Source: Acetobacteraceae bacterium (GTDB lineage Bacteria > Pseudomonadota > Alphaproteobacteria > Acetobacterales > Acetobacteraceae). Taken from it: a stretch of 64,000 bases of DNA. This document shows, one piece after another, positions 48,428 to 57,233 of this stretch. A program made the position numbers and the translations under genes. Under the pieces are notes generated by a model. That model worked only from the letters and a program-made list of their open reading frames with translations. It was not told the DNA's origin and did not search any database. Positions within the stretch are counted from its first letter, which is position 1; the number at the start of each line of letters is the position of its first letter. The stretch is taken from contig CBDAQO010000002.1 of NCBI GenBank assembly GCA_965199105.1, forward strand, positions 2,672,302-2,736,301. Reading direction: 5' to 3'.

Positions 48428-49423
48428 ATGGAGCGCATGGGGCTGACATCGGTGGGTGATTTGGTCAGCACGGGATCATTGATCATCTTCGCGAGTGTGG
48501 CCTTGGGCTCGCTGGGGGTGCCGGTGCCTGCGCTTGCGGCGGTGATATTCGTCGGGAGCATGCTCGCCTCGGAGCACGCGACGGTGGCGGCCGGGATCGC
48601 CATCTTCGTAGCCGGGATGGTGGGCGCCGTCCTTGGGGACACGGTCTGGTTCCTGGCGGGGCGGCGCTACGGCATGCGCGTGCTAAGCCTGGTCTGCCGT
48701 ATGTCGCTGTCGCGCAACACCTGCGTGCGGCGCACGTCGGAGGTGTTCCGGCGGCACGGGATGAAGCTGCTGCTGTTCGCGCGCTTCGTGCCCGGCCTGT
48801 CGGTGGTGACGGCGCCGCTGGCTGGGTTGTCGGCGGTGAGCCTGGCGCGGTTCTGGGGCTTTGCCGAGGTGGGTGCCGCGGTCTGGCTCGCGTCGGGCAT
48901 GCTGCTCGGCTGGGGCTTTGCCGCTCAGGTGCAACGCATGCTGGCTGGCCTTCGGCATTACGGTTTGGACGTTGGCGGGTGCGCCGTGTGCCTCGTGGTG
49001 CTCTATGCCGGCGTTTCGCGCTATCGGCAGTGGCGGTTCTTGCGGCAGCTCAGGATGGCGCGGATTGCCCCGGAGGAGCTGGCCGGGTTGGCTGCTGCGG
49101 ACGCCTCGCTGGTGATCCTGGACGCGCGGGCGGATTTCCAGCGGGCAGCGGACCCGTTCATCATTCCAGGCGCCGTGTTCTCGGAGCTGGCGGCGCCGTC
49201 GGTGCCGGGTCGCGGGCCGGTGGTGGTGTATTGCTCGTGCCCGAACGAGGTGAGTGCGGCGGTGGTGGCGAGGCGCTTGCAGAAGCGGGGCGTGGCCAGG
49301 GTGCGGCCGTTGCTGGGCGGGATCGATGGCTGGCGCGAGGCGGGCTACCAGGTGCATCCGTTGACGCAGACCGTGCCGGCGGGAACGGCGCGCTTGAAGG
49401 CACCGAGCGAGGCATCTGCCTGA
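48428..49423 (+). CDS. DedA-family membrane protein fused to a C-terminal rhodanese domain
   Basis: DedA motifs (...GAVLGDTVWFLAGRRYG..., ...FARFVPGLSVVTAPLAG...) followed by the rhodanese-like ...VILDARADFQ...VVVYCSCPNEVSAAVVARRLQKRG...LLGGIDGW. The start is uncertain (48344 or 48428). Confidence 0.75.
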   Translation: MERMGLTSVGDLVSTGSLIIFASVALGSLGVPVPALAAVIFVGSMLASEHATVAAGIAIFVAGMVGAVLGDTVWFLAGRRYGMRVLSLVCRMSLSRNTCVRRTSEVFRRHGMKLLLFARFVPGLSVVTAPLAGLSAVSLARFWGFAEVGAAVWLASGMLLGWGFAAQVQRMLAGLRHYGLDVGGCAVCLVVLYAGVSRYRQWRFLRQLRMARIAPEELAGLAAADASLVILDARADFQRAADPFIIPGAVFSELAAPSVPGRGPVVVYCSCPNEVSAAVVARRLQKRGVARVRPLLGGIDGWREAGYQVHPLTQTVPAGTARLKAPSEASA

Positions 49424-49522
49424 ACAGCTTTTCGGCTCGAGCGGGGCAGCGCGGGTTGATGGCGACGAAACGCATGATGCAGCGTTAGGCTCGTGTAACA
49501 ACGGGCGCTGTATGAGGGGGCG

Positions 49523-52171
49523 ATGGCCACCAAGAAGCTGCAAGCCTACCAGGCAAAGCGGGACTTTTCCCAGACCAAGGAGCCGAGCGGCGACGCTGCG
49601 GCCGGACCCGGCGAAGCGGGCGCCAAGCTGCGCTTCGTGGTGCAGAAGCACGATGCGACCCGGCTGCACTACGACCTTCGGCTTGAGCTGGATGGCGTGT
49701 TCAAGTCCTGGGCGGTGACGAAGGGGCCTTCGATCGACCCCAAGGACCGGCGATTGGCCGTGGAGGTCGAGGACCATCCGCTGGACTACGGCGACTTCGA
49801 AGGCACCATCCCCAAGGGCCAGTACGGCGGCGGGACGGTCCAGCTTTGGGACCGTGGCTACTGGTCGCCGGAGGGGATGACGGCTGAGGAAGGCCTCGCA
49901 AAGGGAGATTTGAAGTTCACCCTGGCGGGAAAGCATCTGCACGGAAGCTGGGTGCTGGTGCGGATCAAGAACTGGAGCGGCGGCAAGCGGGTCAACTGGC
50001 TGCTGATCAAGCACCGTGACGAGTTTGCCCAGGAGGGTGGTGCCGAGCAGTTGCTGGCCGAAGACCAATCGGTGGCGTCGGGGCGGGGGATGGAGGAGAT
50101 TGCGGCCGGGCAGGGGCGGTCCCCCGAGCCGTTCATGCAGGCTGGCGCGGCGGTGGCGAAGGATGCGGTTTGGGACTCCAACAAGGGCCTGGCGCCGGCC
50201 CTGCGCGCCTCTGGCGAGACGCACGTGAAGGTGCGCAAGCCGCCCGCCACCAAGCGGACGACCGCTGACCCGGCGAGCGCGATGCCCGAGTTCATCGAGC
50301 CGCAGCTTTGCCAGACTGTCGAGCGGCCGCCGGCGGAGGCGGGTTGGGTGCACGAGATCAAGCTCGACGGCTATCGCGTGCAGGCGCGGACGGGCGGCGG
50401 CAAGACGGTGTTGCGCACGCGCAGGGGGCTGGATTGGACCGCGAAGTTCTCCGCCATCGCGACCGCCTGCCAGGTGCTGCCGGACTGCATCGTCGACGGG
50501 GAGATCGTGGCGCTCGACGACAAAGGCGTGCCGGATTTCGCCGCGTTGCAGGCGGCGCTGTCGGAGGGGGATAGCGGCAACCTGGTGTTTTTCGTCTTCG
50601 ACGTGTTGTTCGTCGGGGCTGAGGATTTGCGCGAGCGGCCGCTGCACGAGCGCAAGTCGCGGTTGCAGGCGCTGCTCGCCGGGTTGGGGGAGCGATCCAA
50701 ACCGCGGCTGCGCTATGTCGACCATTTCGGCTCGGGTGGCGACGCGGTGTTGAAGTCGGCGTGCAAGCTATCGCTCGAGGGCATCGTCTCGAAGCGGTTG
50801 GACGCTGCCTATCAATCGGGGCGCAGCGTGAGTTGGAGCAAGGCGAAGTGTCGTGGCGGGCATGAGGTCGTGATCGGGGCGTGGACCGATACCGGGGGGC
50901 GGTTCCGCTCGTTGATGGTCGGGGTTCATCGTGGCAAGCACTTCGTGCATGTCGGCCGGGTTGGCACCGGCTTTGGCGGCAGCAAGGTTGCGGCGCTGGT
51001 GGAACAATTGAAAACGGTGGCGGCGGAGAAGAGCCCGTTCACAGGAGCGGGGGCACCACGGGCGGCGGCCAACATCCACTGGGTGCGGCCGGAGTTGGTG
51101 GCGGAGATCGAGTTTGCTGGCTGGACTGGGGCCGGCCTGGTGCGCCAAGCCGCGTTCAAGGGCCTGCGGGAGGATAAGCCGGCGGCCGAGGTGATCGCCG
51201 AGACGCCCGCCCCGGCGGAAACCAGCATGCCGCGCACGGTGGTGCCGCAGCGTAAGGCGCAAGGCGCGACCGGTGACGTGATGGGGGTGTCGATCTCGCG
51301 GCCGGACAAGGTGATGTGGCCCGACGGGGGCGACGGTGCTGCCGTGACCAAGCTTGATCTTGCGCGCTACTACGAAGCCGTTGGACCGTGGCTAATGCGG
51401 CATTTGAAGGGGCGGCCGTGCTCGATCATCCGGGCACCCGACGGGTTCGCGGGGGAGACGTTTTTCCAGCGCCATGCGATGGCCGGGTCGTCCAACCTGC
51501 TGGCGTTGGTGACGCCGCTGGGGGACCGCAAACCCTACATCGAAATCGACCGGGTCGAGGGGTTGGCGGCGGTGGCGCAAGTCGCCGCCTTGGAGCTGCA
51601 CCCGTGGAACTGTGACCCGTTCCATTACGATGTTCCGGGCCGGCTGGTGTTCGACCTTGATCCCGGGCCCGAGCTTGCGTTCACCCGCGTTATTGAGGCG
51701 GCCACGCAGCTCAAAGGACTGCTGACGGAGCTTGGCCTGGTGAGCTTTTGCAAGACGACGGGCGGTAAGGGCCTGCACGTCGTCACGCCATTGGCGCGGG
51801 CCAAGGGGAGCAATCCGAGTTGGGCCGAGGCCAAGGCGTTCGCGCGCGCCGTTTGCCAACGGCTGGCGGACGACGCGAAGGATCGTTTCGTGATGACGAT
51901 GGCGAAAAACCAGCGAACGGGGCGGATTTTCCTCGACTACCTGCGCAACGACCGGATGGCGACGGCGGTGGCGCCGTTGTCGCCGCGTGCGCGGGTGGGC
52001 GCGACCGTCTCCATGCCGCTGACGTGGTCGCAGGTCAAACCAGGGCTCGACCCTGGACACTATACCGTTCGCACCGTGCCGAAGCTGCTCAGCAAGACCA
52101 AGGCCTGGGCCGACTATTGCGAAGCGGAACGACCCCTGGCGGACGCGATGAAGCAATTAGGGCTTAGGTGA
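49523..52171 (+). CDS. ligD: Multidomain ATP-dependent DNA ligase LigD (phosphoesterase-ligase-polymerase order)
   Basis: PE domain ([10 protein letters not shown]..., [18 protein letters not shown]), ligase motif I EIKLDGYR, and a C-terminal primase-polymerase domain (...HPWNC..., ...FDLDPG..., [10 protein letters not shown]). Confidence 0.9.
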   Translation: MATKKLQAYQAKRDFSQTKEPSGDAAAGPGEAGAKLRFVVQKHDATRLHYDLRLELDGVFKSWAVTKGPSIDPKDRRLAVEVEDHPLDYGDFEGTIPKGQYGGGTVQLWDRGYWSPEGMTAEEGLAKGDLKFTLAGKHLHGSWVLVRIKNWSGGKRVNWLLIKHRDEFAQEGGAEQLLAEDQSVASGRGMEEIAAGQGRSPEPFMQAGAAVAKDAVWDSNKGLAPALRASGETHVKVRKPPATKRTTADPASAMPEFIEPQLCQTVERPPAEAGWVHEIKLDGYRVQARTGGGKTVLRTRRGLDWTAKFSAIATACQVLPDCIVDGEIVALDDKGVPDFAALQAALSEGDSGNLVFFVFDVLFVGAEDLRERPLHERKSRLQALLAGLGERSKPRLRYVDHFGSGGDAVLKSACKLSLEGIVSKRLDAAYQSGRSVSWSKAKCRGGHEVVIGAWTDTGGRFRSLMVGVHRGKHFVHVGRVGTGFGGSKVAALVEQLKTVAAEKSPFTGAGAPRAAANIHWVRPELVAEIEFAGWTGAGLVRQAAFKGLREDKPAAEVIAETPAPAETSMPRTVVPQRKAQGATGDVMGVSISRPDKVMWPDGGDGAAVTKLDLARYYEAVGPWLMRHLKGRPCSIIRAPDGFAGETFFQRHAMAGSSNLLALVTPLGDRKPYIEIDRVEGLAAVAQVAALELHPWNCDPFHYDVPGRLVFDLDPGPELAFTRVIEAATQLKGLLTELGLVSFCKTTGGKGLHVVTPLARAKGSNPSWAEAKAFARAVCQRLADDAKDRFVMTMAKNQRTGRIFLDYLRNDRMATAVAPLSPRARVGATVSMPLTWSQVKPGLDPGHYTVRTVPKLLSKTKAWADYCEAERPLADAMKQLGLR

Positions 52172-53208
52172 TGCCTTTCTTGCTGCCGATTGACACGGCA
52201 CCGATGGAAGCCAAGCTGGTCGACAAGCTGCCAACCAATGGAGGCTGGCAGTTCGAGCCGAAATGGGACGGGTTTCGCTGCCTGGTGTTCAAGGCTGGCG
52301 ATGAGGTGGATTTGCGCGCGAAATCGGGCAAGTCGTTATCGCGCTACTTTCCGGAGATGGTCGCGGCGATCCGCGGCGCGACGGCCGATGAGTTTGTGTT
52401 GGATGGCGAGCTGACCGTGCCGCTGGGAACCTCGCTCTCGTTTGCGGCGCTGCAGGATCGGGTGCACCCTGCGGAAAGCCGGATACGCAAACTGGCCGCT
52501 GAGACGCCGGCTCTCTTGTTCCTGTTTGACTGTCTGGCGACGGCGAAGACGGGGAGCTTAATCGGCGCCGAACTGGCGCAGCGCCGGGCTCATTTGGAGC
52601 GTGTCGCTGCGTCGATGGGGCAGGCGGATCGGATGCAGCTTTCACCCATTACGCTTCACGCGGCGGATGCCGAGGCTTGGCTTGATGAGCGAGGGGGCGC
52701 CCTGGATGGTGTCGTGGCCAAGCAGTCCAGCGCTCGCTACCAGCCCGGCGAGCGCGCGATGCTGAAAGTGAAGCGGCAGCGCAGCGCAGATTGCGTCGTT
52801 GGCGGCTACCGGTATGCCAAGGGCAGCCGAGAGGTTGGCTCATTGCTGTTGGGGTTGTTCAATGATCAGGGAACGCTGGATCATGTCGGCTTCACGTCTG
52901 CGATTGCACATGCCGAGCGTGCGGCGCTGACCAGAAGGCTGGAGCAGATAACGGAGCCGCCTGGCTTCACCGGGGATGCGCCTGGCGGACCGAGCCGCTG
53001 GAGCACTGATCGGTCAGCAGATTGGCAGCCGCTACGGACGGAGCTGGTGGTCGAAGTCAGCTACGACCAGGTGACAGACGGGCGGTTTCGGCATGGCACG
53101 ATGCTGCGGCGCTGGCGGCCGGACAAGGTGCCACGGCAGTGCACGCGGGAGCAACTCCATGCGGCCTCGGACAGCTTTGCTCGATTGAATGATCTTGTGG
53201 TCAAGTGA
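52168..53208 (+). CDS. Stand-alone ATP-dependent DNA ligase (LigC-like)
   Basis: Motif [10 protein letters not shown], plus ...ELDGELT..., ...LFLFDCL..., ...DGVVAK..., ...MLKVKR... The ATG overlaps the ligD stop (ATGA). Confidence 0.85.
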   Translation: MMPFLLPIDTAPMEAKLVDKLPTNGGWQFEPKWDGFRCLVFKAGDEVDLRAKSGKSLSRYFPEMVAAIRGATADEFVLDGELTVPLGTSLSFAALQDRVHPAESRIRKLAAETPALLFLFDCLATAKTGSLIGAELAQRRAHLERVAASMGQADRMQLSPITLHAADAEAWLDERGGALDGVVAKQSSARYQPGERAMLKVKRQRSADCVVGGYRYAKGSREVGSLLLGLFNDQGTLDHVGFTSAIAHAERAALTRRLEQITEPPGFTGDAPGGPSRWSTDRSADWQPLRTELVVEVSYDQVTDGRFRHGTMLRRWRPDKVPRQCTREQLHAASDSFARLNDLVVK

Positions 53209-53229
53209 CGCTCTTGGGAGATTTGGCAG

Positions 53230-53817
53230 ATGAAGCGTCGTAGAATAGATCAGTCACCGGCTTCGCGACGCTGGATTGGCTGCCTGGTCGGTGCGCTGAC
53301 CCTCGTGGCAGCGAGCGGCGTTTCGTCTCAGGCAGCGCTCAAAGAGGGGTCGCCGGCACCGGAGTTCAGCGCGCAGGCAACCCTTGGCGGCAAAGAGTTC
53401 ATGTTCTCACTCGCCAATGCGCTGCAGCGTGGGCCTGTCGTGCTCTACTTCTATCCGGCGGCGTTCACCAAGGGCTGCACGGTCGAGGCGCATGATTTCG
53501 CGGAGGCGACGCCGGAATATGAAGCTCTTGGCGCGACCGTCATCGGCGTGTCCGGCGACGACATCGCGACGTTGGACAAGTTTTCGGTGAGCGAGTGCCA
53601 AAGCAAGTTCGCAGTCGTGGCTGATCCTGAGCGCACGGTGATGAAGGCCTACGACTCGGTATTAGTTCCGTTTCTCGCCTACGCGAACCGGACTTCCTAC
53701 GTTATCACGCCGGACGATCGCGTGATCTATCGCTACAATGCGTTGGATCCAAGCAGGCATGTCGAGAACACCCTGGCGGCATTGTCAGCGTGGCGTAAGG
53801 CGCATCCGCAGAACTAA
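53230..53817 (+). CDS. Exported peroxiredoxin (AhpC/TSA-BCP-like)
   Basis: Signal-like N-terminus. Active-site motif FYPAAFTKGC (PxxxTxxC). Confidence 0.8.
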   Translation: MKRRRIDQSPASRRWIGCLVGALTLVAASGVSSQAALKEGSPAPEFSAQATLGGKEFMFSLANALQRGPVVLYFYPAAFTKGCTVEAHDFAEATPEYEALGATVIGVSGDDIATLDKFSVSECQSKFAVVADPERTVMKAYDSVLVPFLAYANRTSYVITPDDRVIYRYNALDPSRHVENTLAALSAWRKAHPQN

Positions 53818-53818
53818 C

Positions 53819-55066
53819 TTAGAGGCGAGGCGGGGTGCCGGTGTTGAGGGCTGCTTTGCGGGACGGAATGAACTCAGTCAGGTAACAGCCGAACGCTATA
53901 AGCGGGAGGGCCAGTCCGGTGGCGGCCGTCAACGACCAGCCTCCTGCCGCGTAAGTCCACCCGCCTAGCGCTGACCCGGCGGCTCCACCGCAGAAGAAGA
54001 AGGCCATGAATAGGCCGTTCAGGCGGCTGCGATATTCGGCGTCCAGGGAGAATATCGCCCGCTGGCTCAGCACAAGATGAGCTGTGACGCCGAAGTCGAG
54101 CATGATGGCCGCCACGACAAGGAGGGCCAGCCCGATCGGTGTTCCGGTTTCACCCAATCGGCACACCAGGAACGCGATGGCGACAATCCCCATGGACGCT
54201 GCCGTCGCGGGCCGGGTCCAGCCGGCATCAGCAGCACGACCTGCGAACGGCGCCGATATCGCGCCCGCAACGCCGGCCAAGGCAAACAAGGCGATACCAT
54301 TTTGGGACAGGTGGAAACGGCCGACGAGCAGCAGCGGAACGGCGGTCCAGAATAGGCTGAAGCTACCAAAGAGGAACGCGTGATAGAACCCCCGGCGGCG
54401 CAGCACGCTCGTTCGGCTCACAAGGTGCGCCATCGATAGGAGGAGACGGGAATAGCTGAGGCCCGGGACCGGGCGTCTGGTTGGCATCGCGACACCCAAC
54501 ATCGCCATCACGACGACCATGACGCAGGCAGAGGTGAAGAATACGAAGTGCCAGGATGACGCGTTGGCGATGACGCTCGCAATAGGCCGGGCCAGCATGA
54601 TGCCAAGCATCAAACCGCTCATGACGTTGCCCACGACACGCCCGCGCGATGCCTCCGGAGCCAAGTTGGCGGCATAGGGAACCAGCACTTGCACCGCCAC
54701 TGAGCCGAGACCGATCAGCAGGGCGGAGGCGAGGAATGGAACAGCGTGGGTGGCGAGGCCGGCGCTGATGACCGCCAAGGTGCCGAAGCCGATAATGGTG
54801 AGAACCAGCGCACGGTTTTCGACCAAGTCGCCCAGCGGAACCACGACAAGCAGCCCCAAGCCATAGCCAATCTGGGTCATGGTGACGATGACACCAGCCG
54901 CCCCTGGGGGTAAACCCAGCGAGGCACTGATTGGGCCTACGAGCGGCTGCGCGTAATACAGGTTTGCCACTATAAGGCCGCATGCCGCGGCCAGCATGAG
55001 GGTGAGCCAGGCGGGAAGCCCCGCCTCTTTAGTGAAGCCCGGTTTCTGATTAGACCGGCTTTCCAC
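53819..55066 (-). CDS. MFS transporter
   Basis: Twelve hydrophobic spans. The first ~57 codons of the track ORF are non-membrane Arg/Cys-rich, so the GTG at 55066 is proposed as the start. Confidence 0.7.
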   Translation of the reverse strand: MESRSNQKPGFTKEAGLPAWLTLMLAAACGLIVANLYYAQPLVGPISASLGLPPGAAGVIVTMTQIGYGLGLLVVVPLGDLVENRALVLTIIGFGTLAVISAGLATHAVPFLASALLIGLGSVAVQVLVPYAANLAPEASRGRVVGNVMSGLMLGIMLARPIASVIANASSWHFVFFTSACVMVVVMAMLGVAMPTRRPVPGLSYSRLLLSMAHLVSRTSVLRRRGFYHAFLFGSFSLFWTAVPLLLVGRFHLSQNGIALFALAGVAGAISAPFAGRAADAGWTRPATAASMGIVAIAFLVCRLGETGTPIGLALLVVAAIMLDFGVTAHLVLSQRAIFSLDAEYRSRLNGLFMAFFFCGGAAGSALGGWTYAAGGWSLTAATGLALPLIAFGCYLTEFIPSRKAALNTGTPPRL

Positions 55067-55185
55067 CTTGGCTTCAGCCGCACTTGCTTTGTTCGTCAAA
55101 CCAGGTCCACGCCCATCGGTAACCACTCCACTGCTGGCCCGACATGGTGTCGCGTCAGGTGGACAACAACCAACGCGCGGCGTAT

Positions 55186-55704
55186 CTACCCCGAAGTGGA
55201 GTCTTGCGGACCAGGTGGCAGTGCATCGTCCGGCCACATCATTGGCGGCATGTGCAATTGGTTGCGGAGTAGATTGATGTTGCTTCGCGCGCTGCGGAGT
55301 TCATGGCGCAGAGCGCGCGCGCGTCGCCACCAAAGCACGGAGTTGCCGTCGCGCGGGGACGCGAACGGCACCAGCGCCACCGTCAACAAAGCAACCACCG
55401 ACGTCGCGTTCTTGACGGTCGCATCCAGCCAGTAAGCTGGCCAAAATAGCGTCCAAATCGTCAGGTCGTGGCTGAAGCCGCAAAGAAGAATGAAGGAGCC
55501 GAACAGCATCAAAACCCAAGCCGGCATGGTCAGTCGGCGACGGCGCGCCTCTACCAGAATAATGATCGGCAGCAGTTTGAACGCGATGGAAATGCCGGCA
55601 TCGCCGAGCACTGTCCAGGTTATCAAATCTGGGTCCCAGTGGAGGCACAGACCTCGTGGTGCCAAGTCGGTGCCGAACAAGAAGTGAGTTGCAGAGCTTA
55701 TCAT
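55186..55704 (-). CDS. Stand-alone ETR1-type (ethylene-binding-domain-like) three-helix membrane module with a short C-terminal coiled coil and no output domain
   Basis: CLHWDPDLITWTVLGDAGISIAFKLLPIIILV...WVLMLFGSFILLCGFSHDLTIWTLF...VKNATSVVALLTVALVP aligns helix by helix with the plant ETR1 N-terminus (SDFFIAIAYFSIP / [24 protein letters not shown] / AKVLTAVVSCATALMLV). This includes the Asp of helix 1 and the Cys-x3-His of helix 2. Confidence 0.65.
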   Translation of the reverse strand: MISSATHFLFGTDLAPRGLCLHWDPDLITWTVLGDAGISIAFKLLPIIILVEARRRRLTMPAWVLMLFGSFILLCGFSHDLTIWTLFWPAYWLDATVKNATSVVALLTVALVPFASPRDGNSVLWWRRARALRHELRSARSNINLLRNQLHMPPMMWPDDALPPGPQDSTSG

Positions 55705-56222
55705 GGGTCTACCACGAGACTGACTGGCCGGCGGAGATCATAGTCGTGGATGGTCGCGCCCTCGGCATCTTGGACCTGAACGTGGCGCTCGAGGTGGCAC
55801 TGGCCCGTAACGTCGCTCGGGATGTGGACCGCAAGACTGGCCCAACCTGCCTTCAGTTTGTCTGACGTGAGCTGTGCGTCCTCAAACTGCACCTCACGGT
55901 CTTGGCACCATAGTTCGGTTTCGACCATCATCGTTGTGCCGGGGCGAATGTCCGGGTGCATTTGCCACACGACGGTCTCACCGTTGGTAAAGTGGGAGCG
56001 GGGCTCGTCCGCCACCCAACAATCGCCGACCAGTTTGCCCAGAAAAGGTCCGCGGCTGCCAAACGATGCTTGCTCGGGGGATTTTTGCGGCGTCAGACGA
56101 TTGTGAATGCCATTGAAGGCAGCGGCATACCCAATCGCGAGGGCCCCGGCGACGAAGAGCATGCGCCTTTGAAGTTTAGTGAACACCTTATCTCTTAATT
56201 GCGGTAACGAAGTAGGCCGCAC
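55701..56222 (-). CDS. Hypothetical membrane-anchored protein
   Basis: 173 aa with one N-terminal TM (MLFVAGALAIGYAAAF) and a four-Cys soluble domain. Its stop overlaps the start of the downstream gene (ATGA). No family recognised. Confidence 0.5.
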   Translation of the reverse strand: MRPTSLPQLRDKVFTKLQRRMLFVAGALAIGYAAAFNGIHNRLTPQKSPEQASFGSRGPFLGKLVGDCWVADEPRSHFTNGETVVWQMHPDIRPGTTMMVETELWCQDREVQFEDAQLTSDKLKAGWASLAVHIPSDVTGQCHLERHVQVQDAEGATIHDYDLRRPVSLVVDP

Positions 56223-56643
56223 TTGCCATCGCCGCGCCGATTATCGTCGTCAGCAGCCATTTACCAACCTCGACAAAGGCGGTCTTGAACACCAGTGCCT
56301 TCAAGGCTTCGAGGGCAGCTTTGGACTGCTCGTCTAGCGCGCGTTTAAATTCATCGGCCTGAACCTTGCGGGCCGACGCCTCAGCCTCCAACGCGACGTT
56401 GAATGACGCCTGCTGTGATTTCATCATCTCTGCGAGCGACTCGGTCTGCTTGCGCTGCTCAGAAGCCAGCCGTGACAAGGACATCTCCATGTCACCATCT
56501 TTCTCTCGCAGGCTTCGGACCGAGGCAGTCAGTTCCTCGAGATTATGGAGAATGAGATGGTTCGACGTCTCCAAGCTCTCCAGCCTTCGGGCACTCGCGC
56601 TGCTCGCTCGCAGGTCGGCCGGCTGCACAGCAGTCGCCATCAA
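56188..56643 (-). CDS. Hypothetical coiled-coil protein with a C-terminal TM anchor
   Basis: 151 aa. Heptad-rich Glu/Lys/Ala/Leu centre and a C-terminal hydrophobic helix (WLLTTIIGAAMASAAYFVTAI). Overlaps the next gene by 35 nt. Confidence 0.5.
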   Translation of the reverse strand: MMATAVQPADLRASSASARRLESLETSNHLILHNLEELTASVRSLREKDGDMEMSLSRLASEQRKQTESLAEMMKSQQASFNVALEAEASARKVQADEFKRALDEQSKAALEALKALVFKTAFVEVGKWLLTTIIGAAMASAAYFVTAIKR

Positions 56644-56677
56644 AAGTTCTCTCCGATAATGCGCCGCCGGCCACGTC

Positions 56678-57163
56678 TTAGGGGACGTTGGTCACCGTCG
56701 TGTTGACTTGGCTCACTGTCGGCGCCGTGATGGTGGCAGTACTGGTGGGGTCGGACGGTGACTGAGCGGCCAGTGCCACCACTGGAAGCAGCACAGACCT
56801 TGCGATCGCACGCCCAGCCTCAGTCCCGATGTTGAGGACGATGGTGTAAATCGTGCCGGGTTGTCCGCTCGATAACCATAGGATCGCCCGCGCGCCATCA
56901 GCCGTCATGGAGTTCAGAGTGAGGTCACCCGGGTTAGCCGGATTGATCGTGACATCGAGCGTGGCAATCGCGTCTCCGTCATTGCCGATCAGCGCCGGGG
57001 CGATGTCGAACTGGTAATCGAGAACATCGCCAGGGTCTTTTATGGGCCACGACAAAGGCGGAGGAATGATTGCCGCGGCGCCGCGCGGGACCGGGACAAA
57101 GGCGTCCAAGACGACGACGCGCGCGGCACTCGGCCGCCAGACGTGGGAGGCAGTGCTTGCCAT
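56678..57163 (-). CDS. Phage tail-fibre-associated beta-sandwich protein (KDPxDxLDY family, annotated in databases as fibre-tail adaptor/accessory)
   Basis: ...WPIKDPGDVLDYQFDI...GDAIATLDVTI...GQPGTIYTIVLNIGTEAGRAIARSVLLPV matches the family pattern as I recall it. Located just downstream of the tail fibre. Confidence 0.45.
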   Translation of the reverse strand: MASTASHVWRPSAARVVVLDAFVPVPRGAAAIIPPPLSWPIKDPGDVLDYQFDIAPALIGNDGDAIATLDVTINPANPGDLTLNSMTADGARAILWLSSGQPGTIYTIVLNIGTEAGRAIARSVLLPVVALAAQSPSDPTSTATITAPTVSQVNTTVTNVP

Positions 57164-57233
57164 GGATTTGTCCTGCTACAGCGTGTTGCGCATGAGGTCG
57201 GAGGAGCGCAGGAAGTCGGTCAGTTTGGAATAT

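Noticed and set aside
49424-53229. A Ku gene or LexA box associated with ligD.
   Set aside because: No Ku-like ORF was found in any frame near ligD, and no GTTC-N7-GTTC was seen in the 100 nt upstream. Absence within this window does not exclude Ku elsewhere in the genome.
53819-55237. The full 472-aa track ORF as the MFS gene, which would overlap the ETR1-like gene end by about 50 nt.
   Set aside because: The first ~57 residues are non-membrane Arg/Cys/Pro-rich. An internal GTG at 55066 precedes the first TM segment and removes the overlap.
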